The notes: generated from the sequence alone by a model not told the origin. A stretch of 32,014 nucleotides of DNA from an uncultured bacterium (GCA_965364435.1 CBDTXL010000018.1:1-32014); one strand, 5' to 3'; counted from the stretch's first letter, positions 17,682 to 27,039 are shown. Numbers and translations: made by a program.

Positions 17682-17759
17682 TGATACGACTTGTTGACCT
17701 CACAAAATATATTCCTAATTATAGGTCGCCGTTCTGCAAGCTATTTTCTCTATAAAAGC

Positions 17760-17792
17760 TTGACATCCTGAACTGCCTGTGGTGAAATATAG
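17760..17792 (+). promoter_or_regulatory. Candidate sigma-70-type promoter for the kinase operon (TTGACA -35 at 17760-17765, weak -10 near 17786-17792), overlapping the palindrome
   Basis: Perfect TTGACA. With 17-nt spacing it is followed by TGaAATATA (extended -10-like, imperfect). Confidence 0.3.
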
Positions 17793-17823
17793 GCTATCTC
17801 ACTTTGTGAGATAGCCTATATTT
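17785..17823. promoter_or_regulatory. Perfect 18-bp-arm palindrome AAATATAGGCTATCTCAC-ttt-GTGAGATAGCCTATATTT in the divergent STAND/kinase intergenic region. It may be an operator or an RNA hairpin.
   Basis: Directly visible: the arms are exact reverse complements with a 3-nt spacer. Confidence 0.7.
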
Positions 17824-18061
17824 ATGAGGATGCCGGAAACAGTCGTGCTCAAAACGTCGGCAGCACGTATCAGAGTCCCTATCTACAGTCCCTTATCTCA
17901 CTAGTCCTGTTAGGTTACTGACGCTTAACCCGCAAGATTTATCAATTAATTCTTTCAACGTCTTGAAACGACGTTGATTCCCAGGCGTTCGCTACTTTTG
18001 CAGGTACAGCTAAACAAGTAAAAGCCCCTATTTGTCTGAAACTAGAGAGTAGGCTACTCCA

Positions 18062-19393
18062 ATGCAACTTTGGACACCAAATCAACCCCTGCAAAACGGA
18101 AGATTTATTATTCAAAAACTCCTTGGAGGTGGAGGTTTTGGTGTCACTTATAGCATCATTGAATACCGTACAGGTAAATTATTTGTTATCAAAACCCTAA
18201 ACCAACAGCAACAAAGTCAAGCAGATTTCCAGCAGCGACAAGTAAAGTTTGTCAATGAGGCGCTACGGTTAGCTAGATGTAGTCATCCCCATATTGTTCA
18301 AGTCTATGAAGTTATCGAAGAAGATGGACTCTGGGGGATGGTAATGGAATATATTGATGGGCGAAATTTAGAGGTTTATATTCATGAGCGTGGGCAGCTA
18401 CCAGAGGATGAGGCACTACGCTACATTGACCAAGTGGGGAAAGCCCTAGAATATGTCCACCAACAAGGATTTTTACATCGGGATATCAAGCCGAATAATA
18501 TTCTGCTGCGCCGTAGTACCCAAGAAGCTGTACTGATTGATTTCGGTTTAGCACGCGAATTTACCATTGGTAAAACAGGAAGCATAACGAATGCCAGGAC
18601 GGAAGGTTATGCACCCATTGAACAGTATGAAAGACGGGGGAATTTTGGTTTCTATACTGATGTTTATGCCTTAGCCGCGACACTGTATACTTTACTCACT
18701 ACTCAAGTGCCTGTTCCTGCTCGTTTCAGAAAGTATGCACAATTACCGCCACCAAAGCAGCATAATTCCAAAATTAGCGACAGGGTGAATGATGCTATTG
18801 TCAAGGGAATGGCGTTGTCACCGCAAGAGCGATCGCAAACAGTGCGCGAGTTTAGACAATTGCTTGGCATTGCAACGATTGAATCATCAGACTCTATTCC
18901 ACAAGCCCCTGTATATACACCTTCCCCACCCTATTCAGAGGTTGATTACTCTAAACTAGAGGATTTCTTGAAAGCCCATCAGTGGAAAGAAGCTGATCGT
19001 GAAACTTATCTAGTGATGCTTCAAGCTGTTGGGCGTCAGAAGGAGGGTTGGATGAGAACACAGGAATTATCAAACTTTCCCTGTACTGTTCTTTGCCAGA
19101 TTGACCAACTCTGGGTAGCGTACAGCGATGATAAATTTGGCTTAAGTGTTCAGCAGAAAACCTGGCGTAGCATTGGCGGTCAACCTGACAAGTTCGATAT
19201 TGCAACCTTTTGTAAGTTTGGTGATTACGTGGGCTGGCGAAGGAATAGCGAATGGTTAAGCTACGAGCGTTTTACCTTTAGCTTAGAGGCTCGAAAAGGG
19301 CATCTTCCGGCATTGGGATATGGGGTTCAGCGTTGGGACGAATGGCAATCTAGTTGTTGGGATTTATTCCCTCGCGTTCTTCATTGTCTATAG
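18062..19393 (+). CDS. Hanks-type Ser/Thr protein kinase with a C-terminal GUN4-like domain
   Basis: Gly-rich loop LGGGGFGVTY, a VIKTL lysine, catalytic loop HRDIKPNNILL and DFGLAREF. The C-terminal HQWKEADRET...LW..YS...FG.SVQ...W...GG pattern is GUN4_N-like. Confidence 0.85.
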   Translation: MQLWTPNQPLQNGRFIIQKLLGGGGFGVTYSIIEYRTGKLFVIKTLNQQQQSQADFQQRQVKFVNEALRLARCSHPHIVQVYEVIEEDGLWGMVMEYIDGRNLEVYIHERGQLPEDEALRYIDQVGKALEYVHQQGFLHRDIKPNNILLRRSTQEAVLIDFGLAREFTIGKTGSITNARTEGYAPIEQYERRGNFGFYTDVYALAATLYTLLTTQVPVPARFRKYAQLPPPKQHNSKISDRVNDAIVKGMALSPQERSQTVREFRQLLGIATIESSDSIPQAPVYTPSPPYSEVDYSKLEDFLKAHQWKEADRETYLVMLQAVGRQKEGWMRTQELSNFPCTVLCQIDQLWVAYSDDKFGLSVQQKTWRSIGGQPDKFDIATFCKFGDYVGWRRNSEWLSYERFTFSLEARKGHLPALGYGVQRWDEWQSSCWDLFPRVLHCL

Positions 19394-19506
19394 CAATATC
19401 TTTTTAATCTTACTTTAATATTTGGGAATTTTTAAGAGTCAAAAATTGTCGATTGACGAGATTTAGTTAACACCACTTCTTTGTTGTCAAAAAGGATAGC
19501 ATTACT

Positions 19507-21858
19507 ATGAAAGCCAAGCTATTTGTCAGTATTCTAGCTGCTAGTGCAATGGCTCTAGGCAGCATTGATAGCAAGAGTCAGTCTATTGATTCAGTAAATC
19601 CTCTATTAACAACAGCTTCAGTAGAACACCCCCCAAATCTGCTGTCTAGTCAAACTCCAATTACGGTTGTATCAGTACAAACTAGCCCCGGAAACCCAAT
19701 CCATCAGCCCGTCAGAACTGCACAAATATCACTGGTTTGGCCTTTTGCTATTTTTTTTGTATTTGGAGTTCTTGCGTTTGCAGTTATCACGCCAAGAGGA
19801 GTCGTGGTAATTGGTAACAATGAAGTTGGGATTGTGATTAAAAGATTTAACCTTAATCCCTTTGTCCCTAAACTCCCTGCTGGTCAACTCATAGCCTTGA
19901 AAGGAGAAGCTGGCCCCCAAGCGAAAATCCTTACCCCTGGTTTGCATTGGGGCTATTTTCCTAGGATGTATATCATCCGTAAGGAGTCGGTGATTAATAT
20001 TTCCCCGGAAGAAATTGGACTAGTCGTTGCCAAAGATGGTGCGCCCATCTTACCGGGACAACTTTTCGGTAAGGTTATTGAATGTAATAGCTTTCAGGAT
20101 GCGTGTACGTTTATCGAAAATGGAGGTCAGAGGGGTAAACAGGTAGCAATTCTAACTGATGGCACGTACCGGATTAACACTGAACTATTTACCATTCACA
20201 AGAAGCCAGTCATCAATATTCCCCCAGGAGAAATTGGGCTAGTCGTTGCCGAAGATGGTGCCCCCATGCCACCCGAACAACTATTGGGCAAAGTTGTCGA
20301 TTGCAATACCTTTCAAGATGCGCGTGCGTTTATCGAAAATGGAGGTCAGAAGGGTAGACAGCTAGCAATTCTAACGGCTGGTACCTACCAGATTAATACT
20401 GATCTGTTCACCGTAATTACTGCTGTTAATGCCACTCAATATGGCATGAATCCCAAGGATTTACAGGTGTATACGGTGGAGGCTGGTAAGGTTGGCATTG
20501 TCACCACTTACGATGGTGTCTCAATTAAACCCGGTGAGATTGCTGGTTCGCCTGTTCCAGATCATGGCAACTTCCAAAATGGGCAAAAATTTATTGATGG
20601 AGGCGGACGTAAAGGTTTGCAAGAAGAGGTTCTACCACCTGGTTCTTGGAACCTCAATCCCTGGTTTGTCAAGGTTGAGCAAGTAGAACTGAGTGAGGTT
20701 CCTGTTGGGACAGTTGGAGTTATCATCTCCCACGTTGGCAAACCTTCTGAGAATAAGGCTGGTGTAGTTAAGCCGGGATGCAAGGGAGTTTGGAATATCC
20801 CCCTCTATCCTGGTAAGCACGTAATCAACACAAGAGTGATGAATGTGGAGATAGTTCCAACTCTTCCCATTGCACTGGACTGGTCAAACAAAAAAAAGCC
20901 GCCTACAAACTACGATGCCAACCTTCATGCGATACAGCTGCGCTCTAAGGATGGATTTTGTTTTGATATAGAAGTAACGCAAGTTATTCGCGTAGCGGAA
21001 GAAAACGCTCCCACTATGATCTATCGTGTTGGTAACACGGTTGGGGGTTCTGCTAGTAACTCCATAAAAGCTCTGATCGTAAAGGTACTACAGCCAGCAG
21101 TTAGCAATTACTTTTGTAATTCTGCCCAAAATTCTGAAGCGCTAGACTTTCTCGACAAACGTAGCGATCAACAAAGACAAGCAAAAGATTATATTAAATC
21201 AGCGCTTAGTGATTTTGGTGTTGAAGCCGTTGATACGTTGATTGGTGAGATTGACCTACCTGATAGGTTGGAAAAGATTTTAACCGATCGCAAAATCGCT
21301 GAGGAACAGCGCAAAACCTTAGAGGCTAAACAAAAGACAGAACAAGAACGCCAAAAACTTGCCCACGCAGAAGCGCTAGTGAATATTCAAGCAGATTTGG
21401 CTAAGTTTGAACAGGGTGTGAAGATTGCTGAACTCAAAGCTCTAGCAGAGAGCTATGAAACGAAGGCGAAAACAGAACTAGCTCGAGAAGAAGGTAAAGT
21501 GCAAGCCGAAGTTCTACGAGCAGTTGTTGATATCCTTGGTCATGAAAACTATGTGGATATTGAGAAACTGAAGGAGCTAGTTAAAATTAAACTTCCAGAA
21601 ATTTTGGTTAGTAATTCTCATGAGGGCGGTTCTGGATTAGCGGATATCTTTACGGCTCCGTTGTTAAGGACTCTGATAACTAGTACCATTACTTCAAGTA
21701 GTGATTTATCAGCAGCGCACCAGGTTCAAAAAACCTTAGAAACTTCATCTCCATCGACGGCACTTCCTCAAAGTTATATTGTCTGTACTCGTTGTGAGAC
21801 TAGGAATCCATTGGACAACAGTTTCTGCTTAAGGTGCGGTAATCAACTAATTAGTTGA
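19507..21858 (+). CDS. Secreted/membrane SPFH (flotillin-like) protein with an internal tandem duplication, a long EA-rich coiled coil and a C-terminal CxxC...CxxC zinc ribbon
   Basis: Signal peptide MKAKLFVSILAASAMALGS, a TM helix LVWPFAIFFVFGVLAFAVI, and RGVVVIGNNEVGIVIKRF (SPFH start). Two ~66-aa modules are ~75% identical. The C-terminus is CTRCETRNPLDNSFCLRCGNQ. Confidence 0.65.
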   Translation: MKAKLFVSILAASAMALGSIDSKSQSIDSVNPLLTTASVEHPPNLLSSQTPITVVSVQTSPGNPIHQPVRTAQISLVWPFAIFFVFGVLAFAVITPRGVVVIGNNEVGIVIKRFNLNPFVPKLPAGQLIALKGEAGPQAKILTPGLHWGYFPRMYIIRKESVINISPEEIGLVVAKDGAPILPGQLFGKVIECNSFQDACTFIENGGQRGKQVAILTDGTYRINTELFTIHKKPVINIPPGEIGLVVAEDGAPMPPEQLLGKVVDCNTFQDARAFIENGGQKGRQLAILTAGTYQINTDLFTVITAVNATQYGMNPKDLQVYTVEAGKVGIVTTYDGVSIKPGEIAGSPVPDHGNFQNGQKFIDGGGRKGLQEEVLPPGSWNLNPWFVKVEQVELSEVPVGTVGVIISHVGKPSENKAGVVKPGCKGVWNIPLYPGKHVINTRVMNVEIVPTLPIALDWSNKKKPPTNYDANLHAIQLRSKDGFCFDIEVTQVIRVAEENAPTMIYRVGNTVGGSASNSIKALIVKVLQPAVSNYFCNSAQNSEALDFLDKRSDQQRQAKDYIKSALSDFGVEAVDTLIGEIDLPDRLEKILTDRKIAEEQRKTLEAKQKTEQERQKLAHAEALVNIQADLAKFEQGVKIAELKALAESYETKAKTELAREEGKVQAEVLRAVVDILGHENYVDIEKLKELVKIKLPEILVSNSHEGGSGLADIFTAPLLRTLITSTITSSSDLSAAHQVQKTLETSSPSTALPQSYIVCTRCETRNPLDNSFCLRCGNQLIS
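20001..20412 (+). repeat. Intragenic tandem duplication (~192 bp units at 20001-20193 and 20221-20412, ~78% nucleotide identity). A more divergent third unit follows.
   Basis: Nucleotide and protein alignment by eye: EEIGLVVAKDGAPILPGQLFGKVIECNSFQDACTFIENGGQRGKQVAILTDGTYRINTELFT versus GEIGLVVAEDGAPMPPEQLLGKVVDCNTFQDARAFIENGGQKGRQLAILTAGTYQINTDLFT. Confidence 0.8.
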
Positions 21859-23339
21859 TTGAATTTAGCCTTGCCGTGCGAAACGGGAAGTATGGCGTTA
21901 TTGCGAGTGTAACTAAGTCAAACTTCAGTCGCAATAACGAACAATATCAAAGCTTATTTTTTCCCATGCCAGCTAAAATCATCCTCACTGTCACCCAAGG
22001 CAAACTCCCAGGACAACAATTTATCTTTAACTCCCGCACTACCTGTATTATCGGCAGAAGTGCAGATTGCAATCCTCAACTGCCTAATGATGAAGACCAT
22101 CGCACCATCTCCCGCTATCATTGTTTGCTAGATATCAACCCCCCTGCCATCCGGGTGCGAGACTTTGGCAGTAAAAATGGTACTTACGTCAATGGCAAAA
22201 AAATTGGACAGCGCCAAGCCGACCAAACCCCAGAAGAAGGCGCAAAACTGCAATTTCCAGAGCATGACTTGCAGGATGGGGACAAACTAGAACTGGGTAA
22301 TACTGTTTTTACCATCGATATCGAAGTTGCTCCACAGGAGATAAATATCCCCAACTTCTTTCCTGGCACTATTAATGTGAACAACGACCCAACACAACCG
22401 CCAAATTTTTGGGAAATGATTAAACACTTGTTAGGTTTAGCTGAAGGAGGTGACAATAATCTAATTGCAATTCGCGGTTATCAAATTGTAAAAAGACTAG
22501 GAAAAGGTGGATGCGGGGAAGTTTATTTAGCACAGGACAATTACTCTGAGAAATTGGTAGCACTAAAGGTGATGTTACCAACAGTAGCGGCTAGTGAGTA
22601 CGCCGTGCAGATGTTTCTTAGAGAAATGGAAAACACCAAAGCTTTACGACATCCCCATGTAGTGCAGCTAATAGATAATGGATACTCCGAAAACATTTTC
22701 TTCTTTACAATGGAGTATTGCGAAGGGGGTAGTGTATCTGATTTAATGCGCCAGCAGGGGGGACGGCTATCTATTGATATAGCAGTGCCGATTGTTCTAC
22801 AAGTTCTCGATGGTTTGGAATACACGCACAATGCCAAAATTCCCTATGTCAAACTGGGTAATGGCACCTTCGGCAAAGGCAGGGGTTTAGTTCACCGCGA
22901 CCTCAAACCTAATAATATCTTCCTTGCCTGGGTTGATGAAAAAGTTGTTGCTAAAATCGGCGATTATGGCTTATCTAAGGCATTTGACATAGCTGGTTTA
23001 AGCGGTCAAACTCTCTCTGGTACTAAAGCAGGTACTCCCGTTTTTATATCCCGACAGCAGGTGCTTAACTTCAAATATGCCCAGCCAGACGTAGATATTT
23101 GGGCTACTGCTGCTTGTCTCTACTATATGCTCACGGGAACTTTCCCCCGCAACTTCACAGGCGACGATCCATTTTTGGCAGTATTGCAAACTGACGCCGT
23201 GCCAATTCGTCAGCGAGATTCAGCTATTCCGAAACCACTGGCGGAGGTAATTGATTGGGCCTTGGTGGAGAAGCCAGAAATTTACTTTAAGAGTGCGACG
23301 GAGTTCAAGCAGGCGTTGTTGGGTGCTTTATGCTATTAA
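21855..23339 (+). CDS. FHA-domain plus Ser/Thr kinase fusion protein (an alternative start at 21966, MPAKIIL, is possible)
   Basis: FHA: IIGRSADC...ISRYHCLL...VRDFGSKNGTYVNGKKI. Kinase: LGKGGCGEVYL, ALKVM, HRDLKPNNIFL, DYGLSK. ATGA overlap with the upstream gene. Confidence 0.8.
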   Translation: MIEFSLAVRNGKYGVIASVTKSNFSRNNEQYQSLFFPMPAKIILTVTQGKLPGQQFIFNSRTTCIIGRSADCNPQLPNDEDHRTISRYHCLLDINPPAIRVRDFGSKNGTYVNGKKIGQRQADQTPEEGAKLQFPEHDLQDGDKLELGNTVFTIDIEVAPQEINIPNFFPGTINVNNDPTQPPNFWEMIKHLLGLAEGGDNNLIAIRGYQIVKRLGKGGCGEVYLAQDNYSEKLVALKVMLPTVAASEYAVQMFLREMENTKALRHPHVVQLIDNGYSENIFFFTMEYCEGGSVSDLMRQQGGRLSIDIAVPIVLQVLDGLEYTHNAKIPYVKLGNGTFGKGRGLVHRDLKPNNIFLAWVDEKVVAKIGDYGLSKAFDIAGLSGQTLSGTKAGTPVFISRQQVLNFKYAQPDVDIWATAACLYYMLTGTFPRNFTGDDPFLAVLQTDAVPIRQRDSAIPKPLAEVIDWALVEKPEIYFKSATEFKQALLGALCY

Positions 23340-23520
23340 CAATTTACCCAGAAATGTTGAACCTCTACACAAAATAACGGTCTTATTATTTCAACAAGAC
23401 CGCGAGTAAAATGCTGCCTAAATTTTATCAAAACCAATTACATAAATATTTGAGTGAAACACAGCTAATTACATTAAAATTATTAGTATGGTTGCTGCAA
23501 ATTCAGAAAACTGTAAAAAT

Positions 23521-23546
23521 TAGACCTCTTGCAAAAGCTGATCGCT
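23521..23546 (+). repeat. Solo copy of the IS-end-like motif TAGACCTCTTGCAAAAG-CTGATCGCT
   Basis: Exact 17-mer shared with 12449-12465 plus a related extension. There is no adjacent transposase. Confidence 0.55.
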
Positions 23547-23558
23547 AATACTAGCCAC

Positions 23559-24131
23559 TTATGGCTGTACAAGCAAGCCAGTAATTCGCTTTATCACTCG
23601 TAAAACCCTAAACAAATTGTTGTTTTCATCACGAGATATTGCTGTGAACTTGTCGGATAAGGCGTACTGGCGCACCTGCTGATTCAGCTTGATAAAAATA
23701 TAGTCATCGCCAGTCGTTATCATCCCAAAAAGTGGCATTTCTGAGTTAGGGTTTGCCATCATATAGGCTAAAGTCTGCGGAAGAGCCTGCAAAACATTAA
23801 CGTTGAAACGCTTCTCCTCAATAACTATCACCCAGAATTGACTTTGCACCACCACAGCGTCAATGAATCCTTCTAATAATGTGTCTCCATTGTCAATCTC
23901 CACTTTCACAAATTTCTCACCTCGAATTTTAAAAGGGAGGTCAAATAGCCCTATTAAATCCAGCAGTGGAGAAACCATAATCCTGTCAATTGTACCTTCT
24001 GTTATTTCACCATCTGCTGCATAATAGAGGTATCGATTCTTCAGTCGATTTAGGAATTCTTTTTCGCTATCAGTAATTTCTGGTAAGTCCTCAAACCATT
24101 CTGTGAAAAATTGGGTATTGTTTCCATTCAT
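23559..24131 (-). CDS. HsdR_N-like PD-(D/E)xK nuclease-fold protein. The start is taken at MNGNN (24131) rather than 24215, which would overlap tnpA.
   Basis: IDAVVV...VIVIEEKR fits the D...E-x-K core. The following LQALPQTLAYM resembles the Q...Y segment of type I restriction R-subunit N-terminal domains. Confidence 0.45.
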   Translation of the reverse strand: MNGNNTQFFTEWFEDLPEITDSEKEFLNRLKNRYLYYAADGEITEGTIDRIMVSPLLDLIGLFDLPFKIRGEKFVKVEIDNGDTLLEGFIDAVVVQSQFWVIVIEEKRFNVNVLQALPQTLAYMMANPNSEMPLFGMITTGDDYIFIKLNQQVRQYALSDKFTAISRDENNNLFRVLRVIKRITGLLVQP

Positions 24132-24193
24132 TAAGAATACGGAAAATTGCGGCAATATACGGTAGTCTATACAGAGGTCGATAAAAATGCCGA

Positions 24194-24778
24194 ATGAAAT
24201 TATCAGATTACGCAAAAGCTCAAGGCGTCAGTTACAGAACAGCGTGGAGCTGGTGGAAGAAAGGCATTATTAAGGGTCGTCAACTTCCAACAGGAACCAT
24301 ACTAGTCGAAATTGACGCAGTTTCTACATCATCCGTTGTTGCCTGTATTTATGCCAGAGTCTCCAGCTCAGAAAATAAAAGCAACTTAGATCGGCAGGCC
24401 GAAAGACTGTCTTTATATGCAACAGCCAAAGGTTATACCATCAACAAAGTTGTGAAAGAGGTAGGAAGCGGGCTAAATGACAATCGCAAAAAATTAAATC
24501 AACTTTTGCTAGATAGAAGTTTCAATGTCTTAGTAGTAGAACACAAAGATCGTTTAACCAGATTTGGTGCTAAATACATCGAAATTTTTCTGTCAGAAAC
24601 AGACAGAAGACTAGAAGTAGTTAACGGTGTTCCTGACGATAAAGAAGACTTGATGACAGATTTTGCGAGTGTCATTACATCATTTTGTGCAAGGCTGTAT
24701 GGGATGAGAAGAGCAAAGCGTAAGACAGAAAAACTCATTAGTGAACTTCAGTCAAATGGAGACAATGAGACTTGTTGA
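24194..24778 (+). CDS. tnpA: IS607-type TnpA serine recombinase (MerR-like HTH plus resolvase catalytic domain)
   Basis: MKLSDYAKAQGVSYRTAWSWWKKG is the typical IS607 TnpA HTH start. IYARVSSSENK carries the catalytic serine. Confidence 0.85.
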   Translation: MKLSDYAKAQGVSYRTAWSWWKKGIIKGRQLPTGTILVEIDAVSTSSVVACIYARVSSSENKSNLDRQAERLSLYATAKGYTINKVVKEVGSGLNDNRKKLNQLLLDRSFNVLVVEHKDRLTRFGAKYIEIFLSETDRRLEVVNGVPDDKEDLMTDFASVITSFCARLYGMRRAKRKTEKLISELQSNGDNETC

Positions 24779-25985
24779 AAAGCACGTAATTCGGAAAGGG
24801 AGCCAGGAAGGGAAAGAGATTGACGGCTTAGCGTTTAAGTCCAAAAATCTCTATAACCGAGCTAACTACGAAATTCGTCAGCATTTCTTTGAAACCAGTC
24901 AGGTTCTCTCTTACAATGAGATGGCATCTCGGATGCAAGCAGAGGAATCGTATTGCGAATTACCCCGCAAAGTCTCTCAGCAAGTTCTTCGTTGTTTAGA
25001 CAGAAACTGGAAGGCGTGGAAAGAAGCAGATAAAGCTTACAAGAAAACCCCCTCTAAGTTCTTGGGAAAGCCTAGACTCCCTAAATACAAAGATAAGGAG
25101 AAAGGGCGCAATCTCTTGATTTACACCATCCAGGCTATTAGCTCTAAAGAGCTGAAGAGGGGATGGGTAAAACCATCGGGGACGAACTTGATGATTCTTT
25201 GCAATAAGCAGAATATCAACGAAGTAAGGATTATCCCTCGTCTCAACTACTACGTGGTTGAGATAATTTACGAGCAACCCGTTCAACAATTAGTGGACGG
25301 TGAAGATGTAGCAGGCGTAGATATTGGTCTTAATAACTTGGCGGCTGTAACTTCAAATCAAAAAGGTTTCAAACCTTTCCTGATTAATGGCAGACCCGTT
25401 AAAGCGGTTAACAACTTCTACAACAAAAAGAAAGCTGATCTTCAGTCTCATCTCAAGGGAAACCGAAAAACCTCCAACAGGATTCAACGCTTATCAACTA
25501 AGCGAGGATTCAAGATAGATGACTATCTCCATAAGTCCAGTCGTTTCATTATCAACCGCCTAGTTGAGAGCAATATCTCAACTCTTGTAATCGGAAAAAA
25601 CGATAACTGGAAACAGGAACTCAATATTGGTAAGGTCAATAATCAAAATTTTACCAGTGTTCCTCATTCTAGATTCATTGAGATGCTGACTTACAAAGCT
25701 CAATTGGTTGGCATTAAGGTCGTCATTACCGAAGAATCCTACACTTCTGTTTCTAGCTTCTTGGATGGAGATCCTCTTCCTGTTTACGGAACAATGGAAG
25801 CTAAAACTGTAAAGTTTAGCGGTCGTCGTCTTAAGCGCGGGTTGTACAAATCAAAAAACGGCATTAAATTTAACGCCGACGTGAACGGAAGTTACAACAT
25901 TATCCGCAAAGTAGTCCCAGATGCTTTTTGCAATGGGATAGAGGGTGTAGTAGTTCACCCAGTTAAGATTACTCTTGCAAACTGA
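24741..25985 (+). CDS. tnpB: TnpB (OrfB) RuvC-like RNA-guided nuclease homologue; the zinc-finger segment appears to be absent
   Basis: RuvC-I GVDIGLNNLAAV, RuvC-II EESYTSVSS and RuvC-III NADVNGSYNIIRK. There is no CxxC...CxxC between RuvC-II and RuvC-III. Confidence 0.85.
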   Translation: MNFSQMETMRLVEKHVIRKGSQEGKEIDGLAFKSKNLYNRANYEIRQHFFETSQVLSYNEMASRMQAEESYCELPRKVSQQVLRCLDRNWKAWKEADKAYKKTPSKFLGKPRLPKYKDKEKGRNLLIYTIQAISSKELKRGWVKPSGTNLMILCNKQNINEVRIIPRLNYYVVEIIYEQPVQQLVDGEDVAGVDIGLNNLAAVTSNQKGFKPFLINGRPVKAVNNFYNKKKADLQSHLKGNRKTSNRIQRLSTKRGFKIDDYLHKSSRFIINRLVESNISTLVIGKNDNWKQELNIGKVNNQNFTSVPHSRFIEMLTYKAQLVGIKVVITEESYTSVSSFLDGDPLPVYGTMEAKTVKFSGRRLKRGLYKSKNGIKFNADVNGSYNIIRKVVPDAFCNGIEGVVVHPVKITLAN

Positions 25986-26130
25986 TTTCCGTATTTTTCC
26001 GTGAAATTAGGAACTATCAGCCGTCTGGCTTAGATTGAACTTGTCGTGCGCCTCATTCAGGTTAGTAATCGCTTTGGTAATCCCAACTGTTTGAACCATA
26101 ATTTATCAGCCTGTTGTTAACCCTCCATCT
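25900..26130 (+). ncRNA. Predicted location of the TnpB-associated omega/right-end RNA (by analogy only)
   Basis: In characterised TnpB elements the guide RNA scaffold overlaps the 3' end of tnpB and the right end. No structure was verified here. Confidence 0.2.
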
Positions 26131-26307
26131 TTGCTCATCCTATCTAACGTACTCATCAAATCGCTCTTCCACTGCTCGAATGTGGGCGCTTCGCCTCAGT
26201 CTAACCGCTCGCAAGCTGCTAGTTTTGATTCCAGAAGCAGGGTAACGATAGCGGAGCAAAGGGCTAGCGCCCAGCCTAGTTGTGGCTTCAACCACAGCTG
26301 GCTCTTC

Positions 26308-27039
26308 ATGAACCACCATACCCAAAACTTAATAGCCACCCTCAAACATTTGCCGCCTGACTGGCCCCTGGTGCCGACCAACTATAAAAAGCCACTCGGC
26401 TACTTTTGGCAGACCAGACCCTTTGTGCCTGGTCAGCTAATAATCGGGCTAATCGCAGGTGGTGTAACAGTCCTAGACAAAAATCGGCAACCTTACTTAG
26501 TCATGCCGACCGGGATTGGACTCCTGACTGGACACCCGATCCAAGGCGGCAGCCAAACCTACTATTTGATGGCACTTGACCAAGACGGAATCAGTGCTTC
26601 ATTAAAAATACTTGAACTATCAGAAGGTACTGGACTTCCTCACACGATCGCTTTTACTTCCGGGCGACCTGGACGATGCCAGTATCTTTTTGTCGTTCCA
26701 GCTGAAGACAGTTCACTACTGAGGACTCGGAAAATCAGCACAGGCAAGGACGAAGCCTTGGAACTGAGGTGGCTCGGTTGTCAATCAATCCTACCTCCGA
26801 GTTTACATCCCACGACGGGGCAATACCACTGGTGCGATGGATGTTCAATTACCACGACTCCAGTGGCGATTGCTCCATACTGGTTGCTTGCTCTGATGCG
26901 AATACAAGACGAAACCAAGGCGACTTTCAAGCCAAAACACAAACCTACAAAAACTAAGCCAAATTTGGGAAAGCGGATTCAGCAAAAGCGACAACTACGA
27001 AAATACCCAGTCAAAAAAACCAATTCAAAAAGGCACTAG
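26308..27039 (+). pseudogene. Prim-Pol (archaeo-eukaryotic primase superfamily) domain: the N-terminal part of a primase that has been split by a frameshift
   Basis: WPLVP..YKKPLGYFWQTR, ..LLTG.., YLMALDQDG (the D-x-D) and TSGRPGRCQYLFVVP (the T-x-GG-H-YF equivalent). The ORF-track N-terminus at 26131-26307 is probably not coding. Confidence 0.6.

Larger units (their letters stand above)
24170..26130 (+). mobile_element. IS607-family insertion sequence (tnpA serine recombinase plus tnpB). The boundaries are approximate because the family lacks terminal inverted repeats.
   Basis: Gene pair with the characteristic overlap. MerR-like HTH plus resolvase-domain TnpA, followed by a RuvC-like TnpB. 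Confidence 0.6.

Noticed and set aside
26131-26307. N-terminal 59 codons of the ORF-track Prim-Pol ORF
   Set aside because: Low-complexity Ser/Ala-rich translation upstream of the conserved Prim-Pol start (MNHH...). It overlaps the IS607 right end, so the ATG at 26308 is preferred.
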